IMG/VR virus record: IMGVR_UViG_3300042400_000421
Coordinates: 22,059 to 86,058 of that record
Length of the DNA stretch: 64,000 nucleotides
Source: a virus
Reading direction: 5' to 3' (one strand)
A program made the position numbers and the translations under genes. This document shows, piece by piece, positions 1 through 9,243 of the stretch. Within the stretch, counting starts at the first letter, position 1. Each line of letters begins with the position of its first letter. The notes under the pieces are model-generated. The model searched no databases. It was not told where the DNA came from and was given only the letters and a program-made list of their open reading frames with translations.

Positions 1-351
1 ATCCTTTATGGGATAAGCTCCTGTCATAATTTCTTTATCGTGCCATAGCATTTTTAAAATGTCATCTGGATTAAAAGATAAATCAACATCAATAAACATT
101 AAGTGCGTGTATTCTTTATTAGCCATAAATTTAGCAACTAATTGGTTTCTCGCCCGGCTAATCAAAGAGTCAGACAATGTACTAACAGAAAACTTAAGGC
201 CAATCTCTTTAAAACCAATTGCCGTTTTTAAAAACGACATAAAAAATGGTTCTGTTAGTTGTTGATCATAACAAGGCAAAGCAAAAAGCGGATGCCAACC
301 ATTTATTTCATCAGATGTAATTTCAATTTCTTGTTCTTCAGTTGTAAGCAT
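1..351 (-). CDS. GT-A/GT2-like glycosyltransferase-family protein (partial, runs off window start)
   Basis: Not in the ORF track. Manual translation from ATG 351: MLTTEEQ...LFALPCYD...SDSLISRARNQLVAKF...THLMFIDVDLSF...GAYPIKD. SLISRARN and the FIDxD (DxD) motif are typical of phage GT2-like proteins. Confidence 0.7.
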   Translation of the reverse strand, partial: MLTTEEQEIEITSDEINGWHPLFALPCYDQQLTEPFFMSFLKTAIGFKEIGLKFSVSTLSDSLISRARNQLVAKFMANKEYTHLMFIDVDLSFNPDDILKMLWHDKEIMTGAYPIKD

Positions 352-366
352 ATAAATAAGTATACA

Positions 367-404
367 CAAAAAAAACCCCCTGCGTTTCCGCAAGGGGTTC
401 TTTT
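367..404 (-). terminator. Rho-independent terminator
   Basis: Minus strand: GC-rich hairpin (ccccttgcg-gaaa-cgcagggg) followed by a long T run, just downstream of 426..764. Confidence 0.85.
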
Positions 405-425
405 CGCAATTATTTTAGCTAATAA

Positions 426-764
426 TTACTTAGATACTGTTTTTTCTTTTGGCTTAACACCGGCAACTTCTTTTGCGTTTACTGATGCTGTTTCAGTTAC
501 ATCAGCACTAGCCTTGAAGAAAAGAGTGTTATCATTCGCATCAAAACGGATAACAATATTATAACCCAATTTCTTAGCCTGAGCACGAATACGCTGTTGC
601 ATTGAATTGTAAGCCTTACCTTTTTCAATTCCCTTAATGCAAAACTTATCGCCAGTCTTTACCGACATATCAAGGGCTTCAATAATCATTTTCAATTCTT
701 CTGACACTCTGCCTGAGCGAGAGATTTCAGGGAAGTTATCTACTTTTTGAATATTAATTGACAT
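426..764 (-). CDS. hypothetical basic protein, possibly DNA-binding
   Basis: Likely start MSINIQ at 764 with aaagga upstream. Lys-rich, with its own terminator. Confidence 0.6.
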   Translation of the reverse strand: MSINIQKVDNFPEISRSGRVSEELKMIIEALDMSVKTGDKFCIKGIEKGKAYNSMQQRIRAQAKKLGYNIVIRFDANDNTLFFKASADVTETASVNAKEVAGVKPKEKTVSK

Positions 765-902
765 TTTAATTTTTCCTTTTGTTATATGGATTGTGAGTAG
801 GTCGCCCAACTCGTTGAAGATAACTATAACAGCACCACAACAAGAAAGATGCTCGTTTGCAGGATTTCTTTTAAAAAATGTTTTGCCCAGGATTATTCAT
901 GA

Positions 903-1115
903 TTAAAATGTCTCAGTATTAATTTTAGAGTTTACATGATCATTTTCATGTGTATGTTCACTCATATCTTGTAGCGCATTTTGCAGCTTTTGAATTGCTA
1001 ATCTGCTTGCCGTTAATTCAAAGTTTAGGCTAGCAATTTGCTTATTCAATTCTACAACTATATCTTCAAGAGTAACTTGAAGGCTATTCTGAGTATTTAC
1101 AGTAGTTCTATCCAT
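903..1115 (-). CDS. small coiled-coil hypothetical protein
   Basis: Heptad Leu pattern. Start overlaps the terL end and is preceded by ggaggtgg. Confidence 0.65.
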   Translation of the reverse strand: MDRTTVNTQNSLQVTLEDIVVELNKQIASLNFELTASRLAIQKLQNALQDMSEHTHENDHVNSKINTETF

Positions 1116-2830
1116 TTGTCCACCTCCTCCTTATTCATAGTGTTTACATCAATAAATTCTTTTGTTTCTTTATGGAGCATATAAACTTTACCTTCATCAT
1201 CAAAATCGTCATCCATTTCAAAATCAATACTTGGAGTCAATACTTCAATCTCCAATTCTGCATTAACGGCAATATGATCTAAAGAATTATACACAGCTCC
1301 GGCTAATGCATCAGCCAAGTCTTTTGAGCCAGTAGAAGGGTGATCAATTTTGTTATTTCCATAAAGTTTTAATTTGAGAAGTTCTTCTTCAACTAATAGT
1401 TCATTCCAATAACCACGCAATCTTGTATCATACATACAAGACATTAATGTATCATAATCGGTTTTCTTAACGCTGTGAAAGTCTGAATTAATTCCCATAC
1501 TTCTAAGACTCTGAATCATTTCAATAGATTGCCAACGGTCAAATGTAACTAATCCAACATCAAATTTCCTATGCAAATCAACAATCATTTGTCTAATAGA
1601 TGCAAAGTTAATTTCAGCACCAACCGTTGCTTCCCAAGAGTAAACTAAATCAACATTAATAATAGGAAGTTGCTCTACACCCATAGAGGTTTTAATTTCT
1701 TTAAAACCGGCACAATGTGACATACAAAGAGCAGCCCTATCTCGCTTTAATGCTAAGTCAACATGAATAAATCTTGTATGCCCATCACTATTATTAAACC
1801 AACTTTTAAAAGTTCCATCTTCATTCATAGGATCTTCACGATACATAAAAGCTTTTCTAACTTGATCTGCATCTCTAAAGTATGCATCTTCCATATTCGG
1901 TGGTTCACATTCAAATCTAGCTCTAGCCTGAATAGGATTACGAATATATTCTGATTCTAATTGTTCTCTCTTAATCGTAGGATTAACTTCCCAAGTAGCA
2001 GCTTTCATTGACCAAGTTTTTGGCTCTTTATTATTTCTAGAATCAAAATACCTCTGTTGAATAAAGTCACCTTTATAGCGAGGGAATGACAAAAGAATAA
2101 CTTTGCCGACTTCTGGGAAACGAGACATAACAGATAACTTACTCATATTGTAAATAGCAGAAGCAGAACCTTTTGATCTTGTTTCTCCTTTTAATTCCAC
2201 ATCTGTTTTAAAAGCTGCAATCTCATCCAAAATGATAGTCATAACTTCATAACCTTCCCAACCTTCACTTTCAGAGTGACCAGAGAAGCATCTAACAGGT
2301 CTACTAAAGAAAAAGATTTCTGAAACTCTTGGCTCAAATCCAACTTCATTAAAGAATGGAGAACCTAGCAATAAGTTCTTGAAAGGCTCAAAGAAAACTC
2401 TTTGCGCTTGCTGTGCATTAACAGCAAGGTTTAGCAAGTCAATATACACACCTTTTGCTTTACCGTAGTAACCAAGAGGATCTCTTAAGCAATGCATTAG
2501 ATAGGCCGTATAAGCCATTGATATACGAGCGCAATGGTCTTTACCAGAACCTTTTCCTAACATACAGATTACTTCGTTATCAGTATATTTATCGTAATAG
2601 TCTGAACCTTCCTGTTCCCCCATCAAATGTTGCAATGTAGTTTTTTTAAAAATTTGTGTGGAATGGCGAACAATTTCTAATTGAATAGGCGATAATGGTG
2701 GTAAGCCAAGGTAATGTTGATCTTGAACAAATTGTTCTATTGATACTGGTTCCATAGTGAATTCATCTTTGCTAAGCAATCTCTCAAAGTCAGCCAAATC
2801 TAAATTCATACCCATAAAATCAGACATCAT
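1097..2830 (-). CDS. terL: terminase large subunit
   Basis: Walker A GKGSGKD, Walker B IILDE, coupling motif LSFP, RNase H-like nuclease HVDLA...FDRW...KDLADALAG. Confidence 0.92.
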   Translation of the reverse strand: MMSDFMGMNLDLADFERLLSKDEFTMEPVSIEQFVQDQHYLGLPPLSPIQLEIVRHSTQIFKKTTLQHLMGEQEGSDYYDKYTDNEVICMLGKGSGKDHCARISMAYTAYLMHCLRDPLGYYGKAKGVYIDLLNLAVNAQQAQRVFFEPFKNLLLGSPFFNEVGFEPRVSEIFFFSRPVRCFSGHSESEGWEGYEVMTIILDEIAAFKTDVELKGETRSKGSASAIYNMSKLSVMSRFPEVGKVILLSFPRYKGDFIQQRYFDSRNNKEPKTWSMKAATWEVNPTIKREQLESEYIRNPIQARARFECEPPNMEDAYFRDADQVRKAFMYREDPMNEDGTFKSWFNNSDGHTRFIHVDLALKRDRAALCMSHCAGFKEIKTSMGVEQLPIINVDLVYSWEATVGAEINFASIRQMIVDLHRKFDVGLVTFDRWQSIEMIQSLRSMGINSDFHSVKKTDYDTLMSCMYDTRLRGYWNELLVEEELLKLKLYGNNKIDHPSTGSKDLADALAGAVYNSLDHIAVNAELEIEVLTPSIDFEMDDDFDDEGKVYMLHKETKEFIDVNTMNKEEVDKWIELL

Positions 2831-3452
2831 TTACACCTTTATGGGCGACTGTTTCGGTGACCTTGTTTTCTGTGTCAGAAATTACCTCTGCATCTTGTAT
2901 ATCTTCATCTGCAGATTTCATAATGTCAAAGGCTACAGCGAGTTCTCTTCTTACCTCATCAGCAATGTTTGGATACTTAGATATAACATCTCTCAAAATC
3001 TTAGAAAGAATCTGATTAACATTCTCAGCCTTCTGCATTCGGGCAATGTAATCGTTATCGCCAGAAACACCACTCATTAATTTATGAAGTTGTGCTTTTT
3101 TATTTGCAATCTCTGAGGCTAATTTAAGTGCTTGAATTCTTGCCGGAACCATTCCATGATCTGTCGCAATATTGACAGTCTCCCAAGCCTCCTTGCTTAA
3201 CTGGTCAAATTCCTGAAGGGCTTTGATTGTATTAAATTGGATTCTTTCAAGAAAATAAGGGTCATCATCAGCCTGCTTATTTAGTATTTTTTTGTACTCT
3301 TGAATGTACTCTTTTGCTTCGGTTACTTTTAATGAAAGAAGTGTTGCAATTTCGTGGTGAGAATATCCTTTAACAAATAAAAGACCTACTTCCTCAACTT
3401 TACGCAACTTATCAATCATGCTGTAATTGCTTGCTGGTTCAATATTTGACAT
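2820..3452 (-). CDS. putative terminase small subunit (N-terminal HTH)
   Basis: HTH-like GYSHHEIATLLSL, helical body, overlaps the terL start. Confidence 0.55.
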   Translation of the reverse strand: MSNIEPASNYSMIDKLRKVEEVGLLFVKGYSHHEIATLLSLKVTEAKEYIQEYKKILNKQADDDPYFLERIQFNTIKALQEFDQLSKEAWETVNIATDHGMVPARIQALKLASEIANKKAQLHKLMSGVSGDNDYIARMQKAENVNQILSKILRDVISKYPNIADEVRRELAVAFDIMKSADEDIQDAEVISDTENKVTETVAHKGVNDV

Positions 3453-3490
3453 AATCTATAGTTTATCACACTAATGTAGAAATAAAAGCG

Positions 3491-3512
3491 AAAAGCCCCG
3501 CCGAAGCGAGGC
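3491..3512 (-). terminator. Rho-independent terminator with cUUCGg tetraloop
   Basis: Minus strand gcctcgc-ttcg-gcggggc-tttt. Confidence 0.8.
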
Positions 3513-3617
3513 AATTCACCATTATGTCTTTTACTGAGAAACAACTCGGTAAATTGTGAGCTTGTCGGTTTGCGAGAAAACGACAAAAGTTTCTTGTACT
3601 TGTACTGGGTGATTCAT
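3491..3617 (-). other. candidate small structured transcript containing a leaderless 28-aa ORF (3531..3617)
   Basis: TGGTATGAT -10 lies 6 nt before an ATG; ORF MNHPVQVQETFVVFSQTDKLTIYRVVSQ; two internal hairpins, a closing helix and a terminator. Confidence 0.5.
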
Positions 3618-3679
3618 ACTCTTATCATACCACTCTTTGAACAGTTATTAGGCCGTTTGTTTTGTTTATATAAAAATTA

Positions 3680-4432
3680 TTAATCTTCTTTAAAACCCAA
3701 TTTGTCATCATTTTTTGTAGCAAATGATTCAAGTTCTTTATAATCATATCCATGCATTTTAGTGAATGTTAATCGATAGTTATACCATCCTCTAACACCT
3801 TCCCAAAATCTTTGGTCAGTCTCGTCAGATAAAGCTGCCAATTCATCACTCGTTAAAAGAAAACTTAACACTCCTAATGGCATATAAACAACGCTGTTAT
3901 ATGTTGGATCTTTATCCTCACCATATTCCTGAAGTAAGTCTTGGAACTGTTTAATAATCTTAGAAACGCCATCTCCGGAATAATGGTCAACCTGTCCATA
4001 GGCATTTCTTATTCTTGGGCAATAATCATCAACATTAGTGATAGTGCCAAATGTTCTACAGACCATTGGGCGGTATCCATAGATTGTGCAACCACCCTTA
4101 TAGAAAGCACAATGGCGTTTGGTTTCACCATCAGCTTGCCAGTCTTCATCATGCATTGCTTCTTTAAGGCTATCTATAACGCCCTGCATCCATTCATTAG
4201 CAAAGTCTTCACCTTGCCCCTCCATCTTTAAATAGAATTCCTGCGTCAGCCTGAAGGCAATGTTAGAACATTCTGCGAGAGGTATGCGTAATCCGATTAC
4301 ACAACACCCTCCAGAGCCTAAGCATTTAGATTCAGAACTATTCTGCTTTGCTTCAATAAATCTAACTTGGTTATATACCATATCTAATTTAGCAAAAGTC
4401 GTAATATCTTTAGAAGATACTGCTCTTTTCAT
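3680..4432 (-). CDS. YkgJ-family cysteine-cluster (Fe-S/Zn) protein
   Basis: CLGSGGCC, CAFYKGGCTIYGYRPMVCRTFG and YCP motifs. Confidence 0.85.
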   Translation of the reverse strand: MKRAVSSKDITTFAKLDMVYNQVRFIEAKQNSSESKCLGSGGCCVIGLRIPLAECSNIAFRLTQEFYLKMEGQGEDFANEWMQGVIDSLKEAMHDEDWQADGETKRHCAFYKGGCTIYGYRPMVCRTFGTITNVDDYCPRIRNAYGQVDHYSGDGVSKIIKQFQDLLQEYGEDKDPTYNSVVYMPLGVLSFLLTSDELAALSDETDQRFWEGVRGWYNYRLTFTKMHGYDYKELESFATKNDDKLGFKED

Positions 4433-4758
4433 TATAATTTTCCTCTTTTCTTTAAGTCATTTTGTTTGCGCATCTCTCTGCGTCTTTGTTCAACCATTTT
4501 TTGGGCTGGAGATCTTGGCACTTTTGCACGACCGGCACCTAAGTTGCGGCCTTTGCCTCTGTATTTTAAAAGCTCATACTTCTTACACCAGTTGTAAACA
4601 GTTTGAGGACTTGTCTTGATATTATAATTCTTTTCAAGGAGTTTGACAATATCTGTGAGATTCATTCTTTTAGTAACGTAGTGTTCATATAAAAAACTTT
4701 TATCTTTATAAGGTTCAAGACCCATTGTTACCACCTGTCTTGTAATACCATAATGCAA
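4432..4758 (-). CDS. HTH DNA-binding protein
   Basis: MNLTDIVKLL...SPQTVYNWCKKY helix-turn-helix with a basic tail. Start uncertain (possibly MGLEPY). Confidence 0.65.
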   Translation of the reverse strand: MHYGITRQVVTMGLEPYKDKSFLYEHYVTKRMNLTDIVKLLEKNYNIKTSPQTVYNWCKKYELLKYRGKGRNLGAGRAKVPRSPAQKMVEQRRREMRKQNDLKKRGKL

Positions 4759-5296
4759 TTCCTAATGCATCAACAATATCTTCATCTTCAATACCGGGGG
4801 TATCATCACCATATGCAATAGAAACTATCTCTCGGACCCTTTGCTTTCTTTCATTCTTCATTTTAATTTGAATTGAGCCTTTCTGACCATTATTCTCTAA
4901 AGAAGCCTTATCTTGCTTAGTCATATTTTTATAACCAATGCCCGGTTTCCAGCTTAGAGGATTAATATCTCTAGTTCTTATTCCATTCTGATACAGCAAT
5001 CCCCAAGTAAAACCAATCATATAAGAGATAATACGACTGCTTTGAAAATTCTGAATATAGACGGACTGTTCAATAGCAGCGACATCAGGCTTGTATTTAT
5101 TTATAATTGTTAACAACTCATCTGCTATTTTTGCGAATTTTTCTGATTCAGTTTTATCTTTTTTAAGATCAATTTTCCCAGTAGCAATAACATTTTTATC
5201 TGAATCAATAACTGCCCAAGCCAGAGAATGAGAGGCCGGATCTATGGCTATAAGCTTTGACCAAGTTTGTTTAGCAACAATGCTTTTAATACTCAC
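4715..5296 (-). CDS. ruvC: RuvC-like Holliday junction resolvase
   Basis: LIAIDPA, AAIEQ, PLSWK and DEDIVDALGIA RNase H-fold catalytic motifs. Confidence 0.88.
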   Translation of the reverse strand: MSIKSIVAKQTWSKLIAIDPASHSLAWAVIDSDKNVIATGKIDLKKDKTESEKFAKIADELLTIINKYKPDVAAIEQSVYIQNFQSSRIISYMIGFTWGLLYQNGIRTRDINPLSWKPGIGYKNMTKQDKASLENNGQKGSIQIKMKNERKQRVREIVSIAYGDDTPGIEDEDIVDALGIALWYYKTGGNNGS

Positions 5297-5317
5297 TTAT
5301 ATAGTATAGCGCATAGC

Positions 5318-5629
5318 CTAACGCTCTTCTTTACGGAGTTTCTCTTCATCCCAACCCCAACCGACAAGCCTTTGGATGAATCTCTCACCCTTGCACTGCT
5401 CGCAGATATCCTCATCATTATATGACGATAAGACGGTGGTACAACCGTCTGTTACGCATACTCGTTTACGAGTTTTATTCTCTTTTTTTCTGTAGTAATT
5501 ATCTAAGAGTTTTTTATTTGTTACGACTTTTCTACAGTCGGTTGAGCAATAGATTGTATTATATACCTTTGCAACAAACTCTTTCTTGCATAAATCGTTA
5601 CTGCATATCCTTATTTCACCTTCAAACAT
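5318..5629 (-). CDS. Zn-finger protein
   Basis: Likely start MFEGEI at 5629. CSNDLC...YCSTDC and CVTDGC...CEQC. Confidence 0.7.
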   Translation of the reverse strand: MFEGEIRICSNDLCKKEFVAKVYNTIYCSTDCRKVVTNKKLLDNYYRKKENKTRKRVCVTDGCTTVLSSYNDEDICEQCKGERFIQRLVGWGWDEEKLRKEER

Positions 5630-6344
5630 TCCCTGACCAGCATTTATCAGCCAAATTGCAGTCTGCACACTTTGCAGAACTACGCTTGTAAGGCTGTGTG
5701 GGTATCTCTTTGGCCAAGAAGGCTTCATAAATCCCTGTATATTTTTTGAATAATTTATCAATAAAAGCATCGTCACGCTCAATGAAGATTGGCAATATTT
5801 CTTGATTATTTTTATTCTCGTATATAACAAAACCACTAGGCAAATCTAAGCAGCGCATATAGATTTGTGCTTGGCGAATATGATCATCTTTTGGTTTGTT
5901 ATGCAATTTCCTATAATGGAAACCTTCATTTGAAATTGATTTAAGTTCAATGAGTTTATGACCATTAAGATCAATAATCCCATCAGCAGTGCCCTCAATA
6001 GGCGGAGAATCATGAGTAACAGGAATTTCTTCTGCTACTAAGATACCCATACCACGAAGATAAGTGTAAAGTCTTTCATGGACTGCATGACCGTTATCAA
6101 AGATACGATAAGTCTGTGGTTTAAATGAGGGAGTCATTTCTGTTCCTTCAAAAAGGTAATACCAATATCTAGCACACTGATTTGTGTAACTAGGATGGAA
6201 TCCACCTACCTTTTTCTGTTCTGGAGTGTTCCTTGCTTCCAAATAAGTATCAATAGACTTATTTAGTTCGTCAACGAGTTCCTCGCCAGTTTTTTTTATA
6301 ATGTTCGTTGGCTTAGGCAAACGAAGTGCATTTAAAGATTTCAA
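5622..6344 (-). CDS. Cas4/RecB-like PD-(D/E)xK exonuclease with Fe-S cysteines
   Basis: HPS..CAR, GHAVHE, GTADG, IELKS, QAQIY and C-terminal CADC...C. Confidence 0.85.
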   Translation of the reverse strand: MKSLNALRLPKPTNIIKKTGEELVDELNKSIDTYLEARNTPEQKKVGGFHPSYTNQCARYWYYLFEGTEMTPSFKPQTYRIFDNGHAVHERLYTYLRGMGILVAEEIPVTHDSPPIEGTADGIIDLNGHKLIELKSISNEGFHYRKLHNKPKDDHIRQAQIYMRCLDLPSGFVIYENKNNQEILPIFIERDDAFIDKLFKKYTGIYEAFLAKEIPTQPYKRSSAKCADCNLADKCWSGNV

Positions 6345-6658
6345 TTAGCTCCTTTAGCTGATAGCTTTAATGTATTAATATTCTCTTGAAGAGCTTCATA
6401 CATAGTTTTCCAAATATCGTTTACGAATTTATCGTTGTCACTCATAATGGAAGATTTTCTTTTAAACGCTTGAGATTTTACAATCATCATTGTTCTATAG
6501 GCTGCTAATATATTAGCATACTTGATAGCTTGCGATCCTACATAAGTCTCTGGATTGTCAATAATATCTTGAACAATTCTCATACACTCAATAAATTCAT
6601 CTGCCTTATCACCCATATGTTGGGCAAGCAGTTCAGGGCTTACAAAAATATCAGCCAT
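6341..6658 (-). CDS. hypothetical protein
   Basis: ORF overlaps both neighbours. Confidence 0.65.
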   Translation of the reverse strand: MADIFVSPELLAQHMGDKADEFIECMRIVQDIIDNPETYVGSQAIKYANILAAYRTMMIVKSQAFKRKSSIMSDNDKFVNDIWKTMYEALQENINTLKLSAKGAN

Positions 6659-8042
6659 TTACTTCTCCACTTTCTATTAGTTTCTTTAATTCTACACCAA
6701 TCCACTCGGCTACTGGCGATGCAATTGCGTTTCCGCACATTTTATATCTATTTGTGTCGGCAATCTTCTTGCCAGTGTAATCAACAGCCGTATGGTTGTC
6801 GGGAAAACCCATAAGCCTTTCACATTCAATAGGAGTTAATCTTCTGAGTATAAGTTCAGGAGACATTACCCCATGTTGAGATATTGTATCTAATGTATAA
6901 GAAGGATCACCAATATCCCCAAAACCCTTGCCCTGCGGACCGGAGGTGTCTGCACGACCAATAATTGTTCCTTGAATTGGGATTGCAATATGGTCTGCTG
7001 AATCAACACCTGTACGGATTGTACGATAGATATCTTCAGTAATCTTATTGTTATAACCATCATAAGCAAGAACAGGAACTTGACCACCGCCAGTACCCAT
7101 ACGGTGCTTCAATGTTGGAACCATATCATCATCATAAACACGAACATCATTAACTCTTGTACCATCAACAACTAAGACTGTCGCTCTTGACTCGCCAGTA
7201 TTATCAAATGCATTAAGCGTTGGAGCTACTGCATTATCAATCCATGATTCATCATCAGTAGAATTCTGTGCTCTTCTAGACTTTACGAATGGCTCAAGGA
7301 CAAAGTTTCTCTCAGGGCGTTTGTAATCACTGGCAGCAAGAGTTACTCCTCCTTCTGTCCACTTTGCGTGTCCAGATTGTCCGTACCAGACAGTTTCTGT
7401 AGTGCTACTCTCAGTAGTTCTGGCAGACTGTTTCCTTTTCTTTCTGCCCTTCTTAATATCCCCCCTGCTGTCTTCGGGGACAGGTAGTATTTTTCCGCTA
7501 CTTCGTTCAATGGCTGAAGAGTCCCAGCAAGCGAGGACAAAGATTCTTCTTCTGCGTTGTGCGACTCCGAACCATTGTGCATCCAAGATGTGCCATTCAA
7601 TTGCCAATGCCCCGATGTTAGCCATTTGGTTGAGGACTTCTGCGAAGTCTTCTCCCTTATTACTTGTGAGGGCACCTGGTACATTTTCCCAGATTGCCCA
7701 TTTAGGAAATTCTCCATTAGTTGCTTCTCTCATTTCTTTTATTATTCTTATACCTTCAAAGTATAAACCTGAACGATCTCCTTCAAGACCGGAACGCTTA
7801 CCTGCTACAGATAAGTCTTGACATGGTGAGCCAAATGATATTAAATCAACTGGCGGTAACTCTGCACCATTTACATCTCTTACATCTTCAAATTTGGGTA
7901 CACTAGGCCAGTGTTTTTTTAATACACTTTGGCAGTTCTTATCCCATTCAACTTGGAATGAGCATTCCCATCCCGCCGAGTCAAATCCTAAATCAAATCC
8001 GCCGACTCCTGCGAATAGGCTTCCATACTTTAATTGCTTCAT
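6651..8042 (-). CDS. dcm: C5-cytosine DNA methyltransferase with long variable region
   Basis: SLFAGVGG, GSPCQDLS, WENVPG, QRRRRIF, RRLTPIECERLMGFPD, GNAI. Confidence 0.95.
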   Translation of the reverse strand: MKQLKYGSLFAGVGGFDLGFDSAGWECSFQVEWDKNCQSVLKKHWPSVPKFEDVRDVNGAELPPVDLISFGSPCQDLSVAGKRSGLEGDRSGLYFEGIRIIKEMREATNGEFPKWAIWENVPGALTSNKGEDFAEVLNQMANIGALAIEWHILDAQWFGVAQRRRRIFVLACWDSSAIERSSGKILPVPEDSRGDIKKGRKKRKQSARTTESSTTETVWYGQSGHAKWTEGGVTLAASDYKRPERNFVLEPFVKSRRAQNSTDDESWIDNAVAPTLNAFDNTGESRATVLVVDGTRVNDVRVYDDDMVPTLKHRMGTGGGQVPVLAYDGYNNKITEDIYRTIRTGVDSADHIAIPIQGTIIGRADTSGPQGKGFGDIGDPSYTLDTISQHGVMSPELILRRLTPIECERLMGFPDNHTAVDYTGKKIADTNRYKMCGNAIASPVAEWIGVELKKLIESGEVNG

Positions 8043-8044
8043 TA

Positions 8045-8440
8045 CTATTTTCCTTTAAAAACTACAACAACCGAGGGGAACGGTGCCGGATTCTTTTGAT
8101 CATCAAATTTTAGTCTACCCTTGATAAAGCGAATTTCATCAGAGTTCATGACAAAATTATGCCACCACCGAGTATCTGTGCGACTAGGGATTAGAAATAC
8201 AGAGGTCTTACCTTTTTCCTGCTCTCCGACAGCCTTCTCTAGCCATTTAGCAATAACATTGCCATAAGGAGGATTAACAAAATTGCAGTTACCCCATTCA
8301 ATCTCTAAACCGTCAAAAGAAGGGTCAGGAGGGCAAGGATCAAAATCAAAGTTAAACTCTTCATTAAGTTTTGCATAAAAAAGTTTTGGTGTTTTCCAAT
8401 TATCTCTGCTGGCTGTAAAATGGACTCTACTTGTATTCAT
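8045..8440 (-). CDS. phage N6-adenine DNA methyltransferase (Dam-like)
   Basis: WKTP, FDFDPC, FVNPPY, LIPSRTDTRWWH, FIKGRLKF, APFPS. Confidence 0.9.
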   Translation of the reverse strand: MNTSRVHFTASRDNWKTPKLFYAKLNEEFNFDFDPCPPDPSFDGLEIEWGNCNFVNPPYGNVIAKWLEKAVGEQEKGKTSVFLIPSRTDTRWWHNFVMNSDEIRFIKGRLKFDDQKNPAPFPSVVVVFKGK

Positions 8441-9083
8441 TATATTTCTTCCTATTGTTTGTAATTGAGTTTAGGATTTCTAAACCTAAATCGTAAGGAA
8501 TGCGAGATCTATCTCTCGCTCCCTTGATGCCTTGTGTACCAGTTATTGAACCTCTAGGAGCAGCAACATGGCATGAGTCACCATTCTTGCAAGGAATACG
8601 AGGCTCCCAGTTTAAAACTTCACCCCATAAGTCAGTAGGTTTCATTCTTTTGTCCCCATACGAACAATATGTAATTGTATTTCTTGGCAACCCCTGAACA
8701 GCAGGGAGTTTGCGAAGCACTCCTCTTGGGTTTTCAATTAAATAACCATAAGTAGGATTTAAATTTTCAATTATGTTTCTAACATGCGTAACAAGATTTT
8801 GACTCTGAATAGCCATTTCTGTTTTAGGAATATAAGCACCTTTCCCTCCTGTCCAATGATGACCAATAGATGCAACGCTGAAAGCAGTGCAAGGGGGTGA
8901 TGCCCAAATAAAATCTGGTGTCCCATAAGTATTGTATAACCATTCACTTGTTATATCCATCATGTCAACAGTATGTGTTGATTCAAAGTCTGGACTTAAT
9001 TCAAAGCTAATGACTGTATGTCCGGCATCCTTAAATGCCTGTGTTGAGGAACCTGTCCCCGAAAAGAAGTCAAATATCAGCAT
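8427..9083 (-). CDS. short C5-cytosine DNA methyltransferase
   Basis: DFFSGTGS, WASPPCTAFS, IENP, YCSYG..KPTDLW. Confidence 0.85.
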   Translation of the reverse strand: MLIFDFFSGTGSSTQAFKDAGHTVISFELSPDFESTHTVDMMDITSEWLYNTYGTPDFIWASPPCTAFSVASIGHHWTGGKGAYIPKTEMAIQSQNLVTHVRNIIENLNPTYGYLIENPRGVLRKLPAVQGLPRNTITYCSYGDKRMKPTDLWGEVLNWEPRIPCKNGDSCHVAAPRGSITGTQGIKGARDRSRIPYDLGLEILNSITNNRKKYNEYK

Positions 9084-9240
9084 CCCATTTTTTCCCTGCT
9101 ATTAGTTTTGGTGATTGATGGCAGATTCCACATTTACCGAAATATCCATCTCCGTAGTGCGTCTTCCACTCACGACAGCATAGCACTACTACTTCCATCC
9201 CAAAGCGTTGCTCAAGTTTTTTTCTTTCTTCACTTTTCAT
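9070..9240 (-). CDS. small Cys-containing protein (56 aa)
   Basis: Manual translation MKSEERKKLEQRFGMEVVVLCCREWKTHYGDGYFGKCGICHQSPKLIAGKKWDADI; fills the gap between neighbours. Confidence 0.55.
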   Translation of the reverse strand: MKSEERKKLEQRFGMEVVVLCCREWKTHYGDGYFGKCGICHQSPKLIAGKKWDADI

Positions 9241-9243
9241 TGA

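Noticed and set aside
5622-6344. Cas4-like gene as part of a CRISPR-Cas system
   Set aside because: No repeat-spacer array or other cas genes; solo Cas4-like nucleases are common in phages.
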